Below, piece after piece: positions 28,413-44,589 of a stretch of DNA of 64,000 nucleotides. The translations under genes were made by a program, and so were the position numbers. Origin of the DNA: the human T2T-CHM13v2.0 reference genome, Homo sapiens; NCBI RefSeq assembly GCF_009914755.1, contig NC_060932.1; one strand, given 5' to 3'. Position 1 is the stretch's first letter, and every line of letters starts with the position of its first letter. The notes beneath the pieces were generated by a model. The model did no database searches. It was not told where the DNA came from and worked only from the letters and a program-made list of their open reading frames with translations.

Positions 28413-29273
28413 TTGGGCAAGGACTTCATGTTTAAAACACCAAAAGCAATGGCAACAAAAGCCAAAATTGACAAATGGGATCTAATTAAACTCAAGAGCT
28501 TCTGCACAGCAAAAGAAACTACCATCAGATTGAACAGCCAACCTACAAAATGGGAGAAAATTTTTGCAACCTACTCATCTGACAAAGGGCTAATATCCAG
28601 AATCTACAATGAACTCAAACAAATTTATAAGAAAAAAACAAACAACCCCATCAAAAAGTGGGCAAAGAACATGAACAAACACTTCTCAAAAGAAGACATT
28701 TATGCAGCCAAAAAACACATGAAAAAATGCTCACCATCACTGGCCATCAGAGAAATGCAAATCAAAACCACAATGAGATACCATCTCACACCAGTTAGAA
28801 TGGCAATCATTAAAAAGTCAGGAAACAACAGGTGCTGGAGAGGATGTGGAGAAATAGGAACACTTTTACACTGTTGGTGGGACTGTAAACTAGTTCAACC
28901 ATTGTGGAAATCAGTGTGGCGATTCCTCAGGGATCTAGAACTAGAAATACCATTTGACCCAGCCATCCCATTACTGGGTATATACCCAAAGGACTATAAA
29001 TCATGCTGCTATAAAGACACATGCACACGTATGTTTATTGTGGCACTATTCACAATAGCAAAGACTTGGAACCAACCCAAATGTCCAACAATGATAGACT
29101 GGATTAAGAAAACGTGGCACATATACACCATGGAATACTATGCAGCCATAAAAAATGATGAGTTCATGTCCTTTGTAGGGACATGGATGAAATTGGAAAT
29201 CATCATTCTCAGTAAACTATCACAAGAACAAAAAACCAAACACCGCATAGTCTCACTCATAGGTGGGAATTGA
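28413..29273 (+). pseudogene. L1 ORF2 C-terminal fragment (286 codons, CCHC region)
   Basis: GKDFM...[18 protein letters not shown]...SLIGGN*; starts at TTG, lacks EN and RT domains. Confidence 0.9.
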
Positions 29274-29510
29274 AGAGTGAGAACACATGGACACAGGAAG
29301 GGGAACATCACACTCTAGGGACTGTTGTGGGGTGGGGGAGGGGGGAGGGATAGCTTTAAGAGATATACCTAATGCTAAATGACGAGTTAATGGGTGCAGC
29401 ACACCAGCATGGCACATGTATACATATGTAACTAACCTGCACATTGTGCACATGTACCCTAAAACTTAAAGTGTAATAATAATACAATAAAATAAAATAA
29501 AAAAGAAAAA
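28414..29510 (+). mobile_element. 5'-truncated young L1 (L1PA3-like)
   Basis: ORF2 3' end, 3'UTR G-tract at 29329-29349, gctaaatgacgagttaatgggtgcagcacaccagc, A-rich tail; no clear TSD. Confidence 0.95.
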
Positions 29511-30339
29511 TTATGTGATGGTACACTAACCACAATCCAAAATTGCAGATATTGATACATAGCAGTATTTGCATAATGACTGACAATTTGATACTTTTAC
29601 ATACTTTATTTAGTACTATTCATTAAATTCTCTACATTCTCTACCTATCTGTAAATTTATCAACTTTTTTTTAACGTTTATTTTAATGGTCTCTTCCTAT
29701 ATGTGTCTTTTATTATAGACTACTTCAAATACTTAAAGTCAAATTCTAATTATACCACACTAATCAAAATAAGTTAACCTACAAATAAATGATTAACAGC
29801 CTCAGTAAAGGAAAGGAGAAACATGATGATCAGATATTGGAAGGAATTCTCTTGAACTGGCTTTGGTAGGCAGCACTAAAATAATATTTACTGTGGAGAA
29901 CAAATTATACAGATCAACTCTGTGTTGTCCCAATAGACGAACCAACACAGACAGAGAGAATTCAGAGTCAGCTTCACGCGGGAGGGATGGCTCCTACTGA
30001 CGTAGCTGCCCAAGCATCTGGATGGATTGGGGCCAGGGCTCTGGTGTCCCTGGAAGCTTGTCTGTCAGGAGGACAAAGCTGTGGCCCCAAACCTGAAAGA
30101 AAAAAGGATCACCCACAATTTCGTTGTTAACTACAGAAGTTCCCCTACAAATTGACTGTTCCATAAAATGGTTTTGTGGTTTTGTTTTGTTTTTGTTTTT
30201 AAGATTTACAAAGAGGAAGAAAATGTTCCTTTTAACAACTTCTCAGACTTCAGTTTTGTCCCTTTTGTTACATTTCGGGTTATCAGCTCCAAAACACTGA
30301 TTCTATTTCATGTCATTATCATGGAGGCTAAGAGTTCCC

Positions 30340-30680
30340 ATGTGCATTATTTCATTTGGTCCCTCAAAAACCCGTCAAAGCTGTATAATCATTATACATT
30401 ATTCAAATGAGAAAACTGAGATAAGAAGTGAACTAACTTGTATTTAGGTTTTTAATCGAACATGTATCTGTGCTCATTGTATGCCAGGCAATGAACGCAC
30501 CGCTTGCCCATGTTACCTCCTTGGATCTACACAACCATCCTAGGAAGTGGGTTTTATTCTCTTTATTTTAGAAACTGACATTGAGAGGATTTAAATAGCA
30601 TGCCTGCAGTTATCAATCATAGTAAGCTAGAATTCCAGAATTCATGGAACTTATGTCTGTCTAACTCCAAAAGCCTTGGT
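30340..30680 (-). mobile_element. MIR fragments
   Basis: aaatgagaaaactgag; tgccaggca...cacaaccatcctaggaagtggg...gtctaactccaaa. Confidence 0.65.
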
Positions 30681-32289
30681 GTATTTACGTTGACAGATTA
30701 TGAGGTGGAAGAAATATATAATGTTTTACTCATTCCATCACTTAAATAAATATCATGCCTAAAATTTCCTGCAGTAGAGGAATGGAGCTTCTCTCCCACT
30801 AGCTAGCAACGTTTTGATCTTAATTCTATGATGATACTGATGTAATCAATTACTTCATTATAATTACTTCAAATTAGTTCAATATTTAAATAAACATTGG
30901 ACATCTCTTTCCAGTGTAGGAACTCAGAATTAAACGGAGGCTTGGAACTGCCTTAGAGGTCAATATTTGACATTGCATAGCTCAAATCATGCTAAATCAA
31001 GATTAGAACCAACTGTCCCATCTAGTGTGCTAAGAAGACCATCTAACTGGGTGATAAAGACTGGAAGATCACACGAACCTCCGCGAGTAACTGAATGCAG
31101 ATACAAAACTTGGACGTTGGCCAGTTCTTCAAAGTAACAGGCACCTTTGCCCTTTCCATGCCCTTCGCTCTGCCCTCAGCCCCTCACCTCGGGGCCGCTG
31201 CAGGAGTCCTGGAGGTTGTGCTGCCCCCAGTTTGGGCCCCCAGGAGCTCTGGCCCTGCCAGTCTATGGTGAAAACCTTCCTCTTAACCTACGCTCTTCTG
31301 ATCAAGAACTCCCAACAAATCCTTCGAGTAACACATCTCCAGTGGACACCATCCACCTTGTATGGAAAGGAAAAGGTGCCCCATGGCCTTGGCCCTTGCT
31401 TGTAACAGAACATCCATTATTTTGTCTGCCTTATAATGGGGGTACTCTGTGAGATTTAGTTTGAAAAAAACTGTCTGAAGGCCACCAGCCTCCTGCATTA
31501 TGTGCAGGTACCTTCATTTGTCCCCAAGGCCATTTCTCAGGACCTTTTTCCACAGTCATTAGTTACGGCACACAGTAATAAGATTGATATTCTTTTGTGG
31601 CTCATGGGGATTATTTCTAGAATTCTGAGCTACATCTATCCATCTCATATCTTATCACCCTCAGCCCAGAGGCTGTCTCCCTGGCAGCAAGACAGGTCCT
31701 TAATTGTCCACAGGCTACCATGGTTTGCCCCATGTCAGAGCCTTTGCTACATCAGAGCTTCCTCAACTTGTGAGTCTGCTGCCAAAATGCCAACTCCATC
31801 CTTCCTGTTAATGTTCAAGGACCTACTTCCACTGTGTCTCTTAGTTCAAATTCCCTAAAAGGGTAAATTTGTGGTTTTATGTTCATTGCATTGGTAGGTC
31901 ATAGGTCATGTGTCCACTCTGTTCCAATCATCTGTGGCCAGTGGACAGCAATGTGCTATGATATGGCATTGAGGATTGTCCCTTTAGCAGGAGCAATGGG
32001 AAAAGAATGTTCCCAGAGTAGAATGCCATTGGCAAGGTAGACATTCAAGACAGACTGCTATGAAACTGTGTACAATCAAATTACCTGAATACTTGTCAAC
32101 CTCACTATTCTAAAAATGTCATTATTTTAGAGTTTGTATTTTGCTTGTGGTCTCAGTCTTAGTACTGAGCATGAGCTTGGGGTATGGCTATTCAATACAT
32201 GTTTGTAGGACAAATGAATAGATGAAGCAATAGCTATGAGGATGAGTAGAGAGATGGACATAGCACTCACGAATGAATAGATGGAGTCT

Positions 32290-32540
32290 CCATAGCACAG
32301 TGGTGGAGCACATGAGCTCTAGAGCCACACTGCTTGGGCTCAAACCCTGGCTCCACTGCTCCCTTGGCAAATTAGTTAACTTTTTTATTTTTTGGCTCAG
32401 TTACCACATCTTAAAACAGGAATAATACTACTACTATCCTCATAAGACTTCTATGACAAGTTAAATGAGTTAATACACAGGAAGCACATAGAATAGCACA
32501 TGGCATATGGGGACTTCTCAACCAATTCTTGCTATTAGTG
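32290..32540 (+). mobile_element. MIR SINE
   Basis: gcacagtggtggagcacatgagctctagagcca...ctcagttaccacatct...ttaaatgagttaatac. Confidence 0.8.
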
Positions 32541-32777
32541 TTATTGTATCTATTATCATTGATGGGTGAAGTCATAGGGCAGGTTGCATAGGTAAAGGAC
32601 AGACAAAATGTGACAAAATGGCTTACGAAAATCAGAAACAACCTTGAACTAATGACAAAGAGAAACAAGACAGAAAATTGTTCCCAATATCAGAGGAAAT
32701 ATAAGACTAAACCTGCAGCCTACTCATCAGAGGGAAAGAAAATGTTGGAGAAAAAGTCATGGAGGAAAGAGTACCTA

Positions 32778-33100
<323 letters not shown>

Positions 33101-33537
33101 AAAGAGTACCTAGGCAGTGTTTGTGTCCAAGATTTGTGTCTAAAGAGCCGGTAATTACTTCCTTGAACAGGACAGTGCAATGAAACCAATGTTGTTGCCT
33201 GTTTCCATCAGTTCATCTGTCCCATGGTGATGTTTGTCAATATCTCTGAGGGGACTCTGCCTGCACAGTGTTTGTTAAATGCAGAGAATTAAGAATACAG
33301 GCGTAAGCAAGAGAACTTGGTTAGGATTCCAAGCGCATTCCAACTATGGAGACTAGTCAGTGTCGATTTTGTGAGCCACAAAGGATGCTTTGTTGCCGGC
33401 CACTGGACACAGTGGGGCCCAGCTGAGGGAAATCTTTGGGGGCCTAAAATCCAGGATGTACTCTGATTGCTGAGCCGTGAGCCCCAGCACAGGCCTGAGT
33501 TCGCCTGAAAGAAGGCGCCTCTTCACTAACTGGCCTG

Positions 33538-33550
33538 CCCAGAGGGGGCG
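33538..33550 (+). promoter_or_regulatory. CTCF-like motif in a GC-rich repeat-free segment
   Basis: cccagagggggcg matches 10 of 13 positions of CCASYAGRKGGCR. Confidence 0.35.
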
Positions 33551-35017
33551 TCTTTCTGCAAGGGTCCCTCCCAGAGGGACCGTCTTTTTCTAATTAGCAC
33601 AGAGGCCCATCAGCGCTTGCAGCAGCCCCTATGTGCAGGGCTGGGAGGTTTTTAAACCAACTGCAAGATAAGTTGGTTTTCAGGAAGAGAAGAGATTAAT
33701 GGGGCCACAGAAAGATGGATGGGAGCTTGGCGCTGCCTCTGCCGCCCCTCACACACGCTGTGGCTAGCAGTGAGGCCAAGGGGAATGACCCTGAGTAGAG
33801 TTACATATTTTTCACACCTCCTACTAAAACTCAGCAAATGCTTGACTCGCTGTTCCCAGCACAATTTTTCTTCCTGCAAAACGTGTTGGGATTATCGCTT
33901 TTAGCCGCATGTGTGCTGGAAGTATTTTGTAGGGGCCCCAGGGGCTGCAACTGTTCAAATCCCTATCCTTGAGAGGGAGCTTGGGGAGGCAGGGACCCAA
34001 AGTGCCTGTCCGAGAGCTCCCCCATAGAGGGCTGGCTCCCACTAATTAAGTCCAGTTTCCAAGACTGAATCAAAGCTGCCATCCCAATGATTTTAAGAGT
34101 CAGGAGGTAAAATACAAGTTTCAACCCCAACACCTTCCCCTTATCCATCTTCTTGAGCCATTTCAGGACATTGGGTAACATATGATTTTTCTTTAGTCAA
34201 TTCGAGATATTATCTGCTGAAATAGCTCTACTGGTATGAGAGGGAGGTTTCAAAATATGTAACAGATGCACAGCTGCCACCTGAGATGATGCATTATGAA
34301 GTCGAAACTGTCATCACCTCCCCCACCACCCCTACCCTCACCCCAAGCACATATTTGTTCATGTGGTTTACACCTGCGAGATTGTGGGATGCAAGAGAGG
34401 AATCTGATTACTGTTTGGGAGACAACCCCATCTCTAAAACCGATCCATGTATCTTTGTTTCCCTGGAGAAGCTTGAAATCTCTTACCAACTCTTCTTGTG
34501 GTCTAGCTGAGTTAAAGCTCCAGTCCAAGTTTTCTGGAATTTGGTACCAATAACTAACTCTTGAGGCCATCATACAATAAGCCTTATGATATCTCTCCAT
34601 CTCAGTCTCTCCATTTGTATCTTGCCAGGAGGGCAGAGCAATTTTTCAGTGCCTTCATAAGTAGGTGCTCTTGTGTACTCTGGCTAAAAGGGAAATGGAA
34701 AACTCCTGGCCCATGCTCATCTGAGGCAAATGATGATTTTGTTTCACTGTATTTAGAGGGAGGGTTCCTGCCACTGTCTGATAAAAAACACCATCTAAGT
34801 AAGTAAGTACCAGCAATGAAAAACTCCTGAGAAGACAAAGAGAAGCAGAAGGGTATTCCAAGAAGTTGCCATGGACAGGTAAGAGAGACATAATGAATGT
34901 CTGATTAGAGAGGGCCCTTCTGCAACAATACAAATTGAAAGAATTTCTGCTCACCAAGACCCTTGCACAGTTTTTAATTATATGTTGATATGTTAACTTG
35001 ATTAATATTGATTTACT

Positions 35018-35133
35018 CCACTAGATTTTAAACTTCATGAAAGCAGAGAATCTGTTTTGCTCCTCATTGTATTGCTTATGTCCAGAATAGTACCCAGCAC
35101 ATAGTAGGTGCTCAACAAATATTTTTTGAATGA
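35018..35133 (+). mobile_element. L2 3' end
   Basis: ccactagattttaaacttcatgaaagcag...cagcacatagtaggtgctcaacaaatattttttgaatga. Confidence 0.85.
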
Positions 35134-35182
35134 CAGAATACCCCCAGAATACAAGCTGTACATCTGAATAATTGATCTCTAG

Positions 35183-35488
<306 letters not shown>

Positions 35489-36594
35489 AATCAGGAGCTC
35501 AAACTAAGTGTTTGAATGGGAATGTCAATAAACACAGGGGTCAGAAGTCAAACCAGAAGTTTGACTTAGATGCTTAATTATTAAGGCAATGAAGATAAAT
35601 GTCTCAGCATCACAAATGTATTGAACACTCATCCACCTACCAGAGGGAGTTCCACCCAGCCATAAGCTATTTCAAAGACTTGGATCCCAAAGGAGAGAGC
35701 AAGAAATTGATGTATTTATCACAAACCCTGGACAGAGGGATGAGATTTTAATTGATGCTTTGCTTTGTCCTTTTGGTTCTCTATTCTGACTGCCTAGTGA
35801 TGAAAGATCCTTAGTTTTGGTCTGTTGAGGAAAGCCTCTCACTCTAATAGTAATAATGATCAGAGCATCAGAAATGTGGACTGCTCGAAGCAGCACTTTG
35901 GACCACATTCCTCAGTTTTGGGGGCTTTTAGTTGACTAGCCCTCTTCTTGCTTCCAAGCTTGCAAAACTGCTGGTAGCCAAAGTGAAAAAGCGGAACCTC
36001 ACATTATTTGCTTAGTGAGCACATTGGGCGGTGTGTCTTCACTCAGACTATTTCTGCCTTCCACCCCCAACAAAACGTTGGAAGGCGCAACACGTTGCTA
36101 ATACCTCCATTGCATAGCAAACATCTCCATCCCTCATCTCGTGCACACATATCAACACACCCCACTGCAAATAACTAAACAACTCTAAACCCACACTTAT
36201 GCAAGTAACATATTACCTTAAGGAGGATCCAAACTCTGAAGTCTTCTCCCAGTTCTACTCTCACGGAATGGAGGGGATATGATGTTTGGTACAAATGGAA
36301 AAACTAAACCTGGCTCACTGTTTAGGTTTGCAAGAATATATTTACTCCTTTCCTGGCCCAATAGCCACAGAGGGCTCTGTTGTTGCCTACATACTCTGAA
36401 GAAGTAGCTGCTCATCAGATTTAATAAAATAAGAGGAAAATGATAGGAAATTATTTCTGCTTTGAGTATCACAGGACTCCAAGAATTTTTTAAGATTCAA
36501 AACACAACTATTTATTAAAAGAACAAAACATGATTGCTAATGATTTTTAAGTTAAAGATGAGGTACAGTTTAGAACAATACCTAAAGAAATTCC

Positions 36595-37013
36595 TGGAAG
36601 CAACCTAAATGCCCATCAATGAAACTGTGGTACATATATACCATGGACTACTATGCAGCGGTAAAAAAAGAAAGAGATCATGTTTTTTGCGGGAACATAG
36701 ATGGAGCTGAAGGCCATTATTCCTAGCACACTAACACAAGGACAGAAAACCAAATACCACATCTTCTTACTTATGAGTGGGAGCTAAATGATGTGAACAC
36801 ATGGACATATAGAGGGGAACAACAGACACTGGGACCCATCAGAGGGTGAAGGGTGAAAGGAGGGAGAGGATTATGAAAAATAACTAATGGGTACTAGATT
36901 TAATAGCTAGGTGATGAAATAATCTATACAGCAAACCCCCATGATACAAGTTTATCTATATAACAAATCTACACATGTGCTCCTGAGCCTAAAACAAAAG
37001 TTAAATTAAGAAA
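36595..37013 (+). mobile_element. Older L1PA (about PA13-16) 3' end, 11-bp TSD
   Basis: gggagctaaatgatg...aaaaataactaatgggtactag...aaacccccatga; TSD aaagaaattcc at 36584 and 37014. Confidence 0.9.
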
Positions 37014-38554
37014 AAAGAAATTCCAACACAGGGATAAGCAAGTTCCTTACTCATTAGTCCTTGTCTGGTATTAATCATCCTGGTTTCTCCTAAACTGGAG
37101 TATGACATTGGTCATCTCAGTTAGACCCTCTAACATTTGAGTAAATGATTACTGGGCCATATAGATAGATCCAGAAGAATAGAGAGCAATTTGCTATTAA
37201 AAGCCTTTGCTGGAAGTTGCTTTCAAATTTTCATTGCTTTCTTTCCCTAACTAGCATATGAATAAGTCCCTTACATGACTGAAAAAGGCAACCGAAGACC
37301 TTACTATTCTCCCTGAATCCTCTAAGGTTAGCTCTTTCCTACTTTCTCTTTTATACCAGTTGCACAACACTTCTCCCATAAACAGCATGAATGGCCTGGT
37401 TACCTTCGTTCCACGCAGAAGTGGCTCCTCCTTATGTGTTGTGGAAACTTCTCCCTTGCTCTCCAGTGTTCTGTATTAGCAAGCGCTCTCCATAACAACA
37501 ACTTCTACTTCACAACCAAGATATAAGACTGTTTTCTTCTTCAAAGGGATCAAATCCCCTTTCTTAGTGCAATTTCAAATTTATCAGGACATGATTTTAA
37601 CCTACAGGGTTGCTGTTTCACCAATCCAAATATCTGGCAAAACTGAGCAAACTTAATGTTGTTTAGTTTTACATGTACATTATATACCACATGTTTGTGT
37701 AGCCTGGGATAAGAAGTGAAGAGTATGTTTTCAAAAACACCCTAAAATTTTAATAAAAATAGTCTCCAGCCATATTTCTTGCCAGTTATCTTTGTTAATG
37801 TATGATTATAACTGGGCAAGTACTGGATCTTAGTTTCCTCATTCATACAATGAGGGGCTTGGACTAGATGGGTGGTTTTTGTCTCTAGAGTTACAGGATT
37901 TCACAAACATATCCTCAGTGGCTACAGAGTGTGGGGTAGAGGGATCTGGGGAGCCAAGTGAGCAGAAGTCATAGCTTCACATCCCTACTTCACAGAGGAA
38001 ATCTACTTTTTATGTGTTTTATACATGAAGTTTCTAAGTAAGATTTAATAAAATTAAATGCTTGTAGCTTAACCATTTCTTTGGAAACCACTGGCCTACG
38101 TCAGCTCCAAATTTTGTCATTCTTGCTCTCAGCTTTCAAGAGACTGATTAAAATTATAGTCCCCATTATACCTCATTGGTATAGACCCTGTTAAGGTCAG
38201 AGTGAATTGGGGTGATGGAGTAGAGAATCAGGAAGCATTGGAGACCTGGACTTTAAGCAGCAAGGCTTTAGAATCCTCAAAGAAATTCGGTCCATAAAAT
38301 AGTGATGCTTACCTACTAAATATTTTTAGTTGTTGGGAAAAAAATAATCTTGTGCTGCTCAAGGAATCCCCCGCAAACCTCTTTAGCGAACATTTTTACG
38401 GTTGTCAAATCTGAACACCAAGGATTTAAGGTGCTTCCAAGTGAGAATGCTTAAATTTGTCTGAAGCTTGAAGCATTCTTCTACCTAAAGGAAATAAAGT
38501 GAAATGTCAATTATGTATTAAACAAAATTCCCCTGCCAATTAAAAATAAATAAA

Positions 38555-39883
<1,329 letters not shown>

Positions 39884-40559
39884 AAAATAAATAAATTAGT
39901 AAATAAATAAAAATAGAATTTTGGATGTTTGAGGTCAATTTTCCATGTGATGATACAACAGTCTGTTTGCTCAGCTAGCTCAGCCTTTTCATTCCTGGTC
40001 TCAACCTGAACACACAAGGCACTACATCCCCCCAGGCAGCCCACCTGGGGTCCTTTTGATTGCCAATTAGCCCTTCACACTTGTTCGGCCCTCTGTAGTA
40101 ATAACTGAACCCTGACCTCTAGTGGTGGGAAAGAATTAGCAAGAAGAACAATGAGATAGTATCTGAATTCCTAACTAAGGGAGGTTTCCTGTGGTCCATG
40201 GGTCCTATGTGGCCCAGTTGCAAAGGCAGCTAATCTGGGAAACTAGTGACACACAACAATGAGTAACCTGTAAAAATCCCAGTCTCAGGGACCTCAGATG
40301 TTACCATCCTGGCTCCACTGAGAAGGTGGAGGTATAATCCTAGCATGAGAAACTTTTTTTTTCTAATCTAGTAGGACTTACCCACATGGGACTAAAGGAT
40401 AGGAGTTGGGGATGGATGGCAAGGAAAACATATTCATCATAAACCAACCTTATGTACAAGGCAACGAAATTTGGTTGATAATTTTAGAAATAAAAAAATT
40501 TCCTTCTTAGGGGGACATAAAACTTCATTGGAAAAAATAGGACCTGTTTCAGGTAACAG

Positions 40560-40850
40560 CATAAATAATTCCCACAAAGATAATGTTGAACAGAAAGGGA
40601 TACAAAGAATATATACAAAATTCTAATCGTATCAGGTTCAAATCTAATCTCTGGTGTTAGAGGTCAGGATAGTGATTAAAGGGTGTATTGACTGCAAGAG
40701 GACATGAGAGAGCCTGCAGGGAGAATGGAAATGTCTTTTGTCTTGACCTGGTGTTAATTCCGCAGGTATGTGCATATGTGAAAATTCCTCAAGCTGTACA
40801 TGTAAGATTTGTGCACTTCAATGTATGTAAATTATGCTTTAACAAAAAAA
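40560..40850 (+). mobile_element. Old L1 (L1ME/MC-like) 3' end
   Basis: ggtgttagaggtcaggatagtg...ggaaatgtcttttgtcttgacctgg...caagctgtaca...gatttgtgcactt. Confidence 0.75.
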
Positions 40851-40861
40851 TCAAATTAATA

Positions 40862-41426
40862 CAGCAGTTCCTGCTTATCCACAGTTTTGCTTTCTATAGT
40901 TTCAGCTACCTGAGGTCAACTCTGGTCTGAAAATATTAAATGGAAAATTCCAGAAATAAACAATTCATAAATTTTAAATTGTACAGTACACCTTTCTGAG
41001 TATTGTGATGAAAGTGACATCCTGCTCTGTCCTGCGTGGGATGTGAATCATCCCTTTGTCCAGTGTATCCACACTGTGGACACTAGCCATCCTTAGTCAC
41101 TTGGTAGCCATCTCGGTTATCAGATAGGCAGATCACAAGAAGAAGAAGAAGAAAGGTGAGTACAGTACAATAAGATATTTTGAGAGAAAGGAAGAGAGAG
41201 AGAGAGAGCGGGAGGGAGGGAGAGACATCACATTATAACTTTTATTACAGTATTTTTTATCGTTCTATTTTATTATTAGTTGTTAATCTCTTACTGTGCC
41301 TAATTTATAAATTAAACTTTACCATAGGTATGTATGTATAGGAAAAAACATATAGGGTTTGGTACCATCCAAGTTTTCAGGCATCCACTGGGTATCTTGA
41401 AATGTATTCCCTGCAGATAAGGGGGG
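40862..41426 (+). mobile_element. MER44 (Tigger7-derived, MER44B-like) DNA transposon
   Basis: ta|cagcagttcctgcttatccacag...ggtgagtacagtacaataagatattttgagaga...caggcatccactggg...gataagggggg. Confidence 0.88.
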
Positions 41427-41531
41427 TAAAAACGTACCTGGCACATAGTTTGAACTTTCTAAATATTAATGAAAGGAATGAATTAACTAATATTTCTGCC
41501 TCATATTATCACCAAAAGAAAAGTGACTGGT

Positions 41532-41998
<467 letters not shown>

Positions 41999-42227
41999 TC
42001 ACACACTGCTGCTTTCCCCTATGATTGCCCCTGAAAACTATTCTCTATTTAGAAATAGCCTTTTAGATCTTAGGAAAGATCTAGTCTTTTTTAATGTTTA
42101 ATTTCAAATTTTCTTTTAAAAATATTTCTTCATAAAATTTTCATTTTATATTTTTTAAAGAAATGACTAAAGTTGTAGCTTTACACTTTGAACCATAAGT
42201 TATCTCAATTATCTGTGAAATTTATGA

Positions 42228-42350
42228 GCCATTCCATGAAAGATCATCTATTGAACACATATTTATTGAATACCCAACATGTGCCAGACCCCATACTGGC
42301 TGCCAGGCATGCAACAGGGAACAAAGCAGACAGAAACCCTGCCTGCCTGA
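42228..42350 (-). mobile_element. L2 3' end fragment
   Basis: aacacatatttattgaatacccaacatgtgccagaccccatactgg...gaacaaagcagacagaaaccctgcc. Confidence 0.7.
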
Positions 42351-43158
42351 TGCTTCCACTCTTAGTTTCCTGTATTTATTCTTTAAAAACACTAGCATAT
42401 ATAATTCACAATATCTAGCAGCTGTCTTAGAAGCCATCATATCCCTCTTAGCTGTTTTGTTTTTGTTGGTGTTAGTTTTAATTAAAATTAGGTGTTATTT
42501 TGTTTGTTTGGTGATTGGGTATAGAGGTAATAATAATAATAAAGCAAGAACACTTCTGGAATATATAGGTTAACTTTTTTTTTTTTTTCCAGTTGTCAAG
42601 CTGCCCTTAGTATTCTGGCTCTTGCTTTTCTCACACTATAGCCAGAATGGCCCACCAGGAGTGAAGTTACGACTCAAGCTCTGCAACTTGAGCAATAGCT
42701 TCTTATACTGAACAGGATGACATGAAGCAATAAGCCGGACACTGGATGTGGGCTGCAGTGCTCACCCCTGCCTCCAACTGTCAATAATTAATAGCCATAC
42801 AAAGTCTTGAAGGCCTTCAGTGACAGTTCCTTCCTAGTATGATGCAAGTAATAAATACAACAATAGCAAACCCTTGTTTATCATATGCTAATTATTGTTT
42901 ATATATATATTTAATTTACAACAATCCCATATAAAGTGGGTACAGATGGGGAAACTGAGACACAGAGAGTAAGTGGAAAAACCAATATTTGACCAAGCAG
43001 TCTGGATCCAAAGTCAGCTTTCTTCGTATAACCTTATCAATCAAGAAGATTTTCATAATTTTATAAAATCAATGTGTACAGGACAGAGAACAGGGGATTG
43101 CTTGGATTTTAGACTTCTCCACTATCACTTACTAACTCTGTTAACCTTAATCACTTGA

Positions 43159-43545
<387 letters not shown>

Positions 43546-43605
43546 TAATACCCTTGAGCTTGTGGATCTTACATTTCAAGATGCCCTTAAATATCATTTA
43601 ATCCG

Positions 43606-43770
43606 GCAGTGATTTTACCTAGATGATGGAATAATCTGGAGAGCTTTGAAAAGATATAGAATCCAGAGCCTCATCCCAGATCAATTGAAACCAAATTTCC
43701 AGGGGTAAGGCCACAGATTTTTGTTGTTTAAGTCTACCCAAAGGATTCTGATATGTTTTAGAAGCATTGA
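43606..43770. mobile_element. MER5A-like hAT MITE
   Basis: gaataatctggagagcttt...cctcatcccaga...ccaggggtaaggcc...ggattctgatatg. Confidence 0.6.
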
Positions 43771-44589
43771 ATTTGTTCACCTTCTCGCAGTGCTTGTGTC
43801 CTCTCCGTATCATTTTTTTCTTAGAAAAAATGTTAAAGATACAAAAAAGCAGAGAGAATATGATAATAAACCCATCACCTAGCTTCAACAATTATCGACT
43901 CATGACCAATCCTATTTCATTTTTATTCCCACCCACTTCATAGAATTCTTGGCAGGTGATGGTAAACCTGTTTCCCTTAAATACCTTCAAAGTTGGAGGC
44001 CTCACTACCTCCTGAGACAGCTGTTATTAGTTAGAGTCCTTTGAACTGAAAACGACAAAAACAAACAAACAAACAAAAAAAGCACAAACCAACCCGACTC
44101 TAGTTTAATTAAGAGAGACCACCCTTTGGAATGATACTAAGGTATTTCATACTCTTCAAGAAAGAGCTGAGTGACTGACAGGGTTGTGGGAGAATAAGAG
44201 GATCGTGAGATTCAGGAATATCTGGAATTCAGAACTCAATACTTTTCTCTCTGTTTTCCATCTCTCTCTCTTCTCCTCTTCTCTCCTCCTCTTATCCCCT
44301 CCCTTTCTCTCCCCTCCCCTCCACTCTCCTCATTTTCTCCTTTTGATGAGAAACTCTTCTCTAGTTTTGCCTCTTAAGAGCTTCAGCCACAGGCAGCCCA
44401 ACTGTTCTTCACTCCCAAATCCCATAATCACAGGGACAGGGCTCTTTGGCCTGACTCGGGTCAGGTGCAATCTACAGTGTATTCCTATAATACCCATGAG
44501 GGTGTGGATAGCTATTCCCCAGAAGATGGGGTGGAGGAGATAAATGTTCTGGCACCCATCATGTGTCCAATCCACTGTATTTTCAGATC

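Noticed and set aside
28413-29273. 286-aa ORF as a functional gene
   Set aside because: L1 ORF2 C-terminus of a 5'-truncated copy; TTG start, no promoter, no EN or RT domain
29329-29349. G-quadruplex-forming tract (also at about 39720-39742)
   Set aside because: Standard feature of L1PA 3' UTRs, not locus-specific
31147-31858. Adjacent 101-aa and 118-aa ORFs
   Set aside because: Non-ATG starts, no recognisable domain; the downstream part runs into MLT1-like LTR sequence
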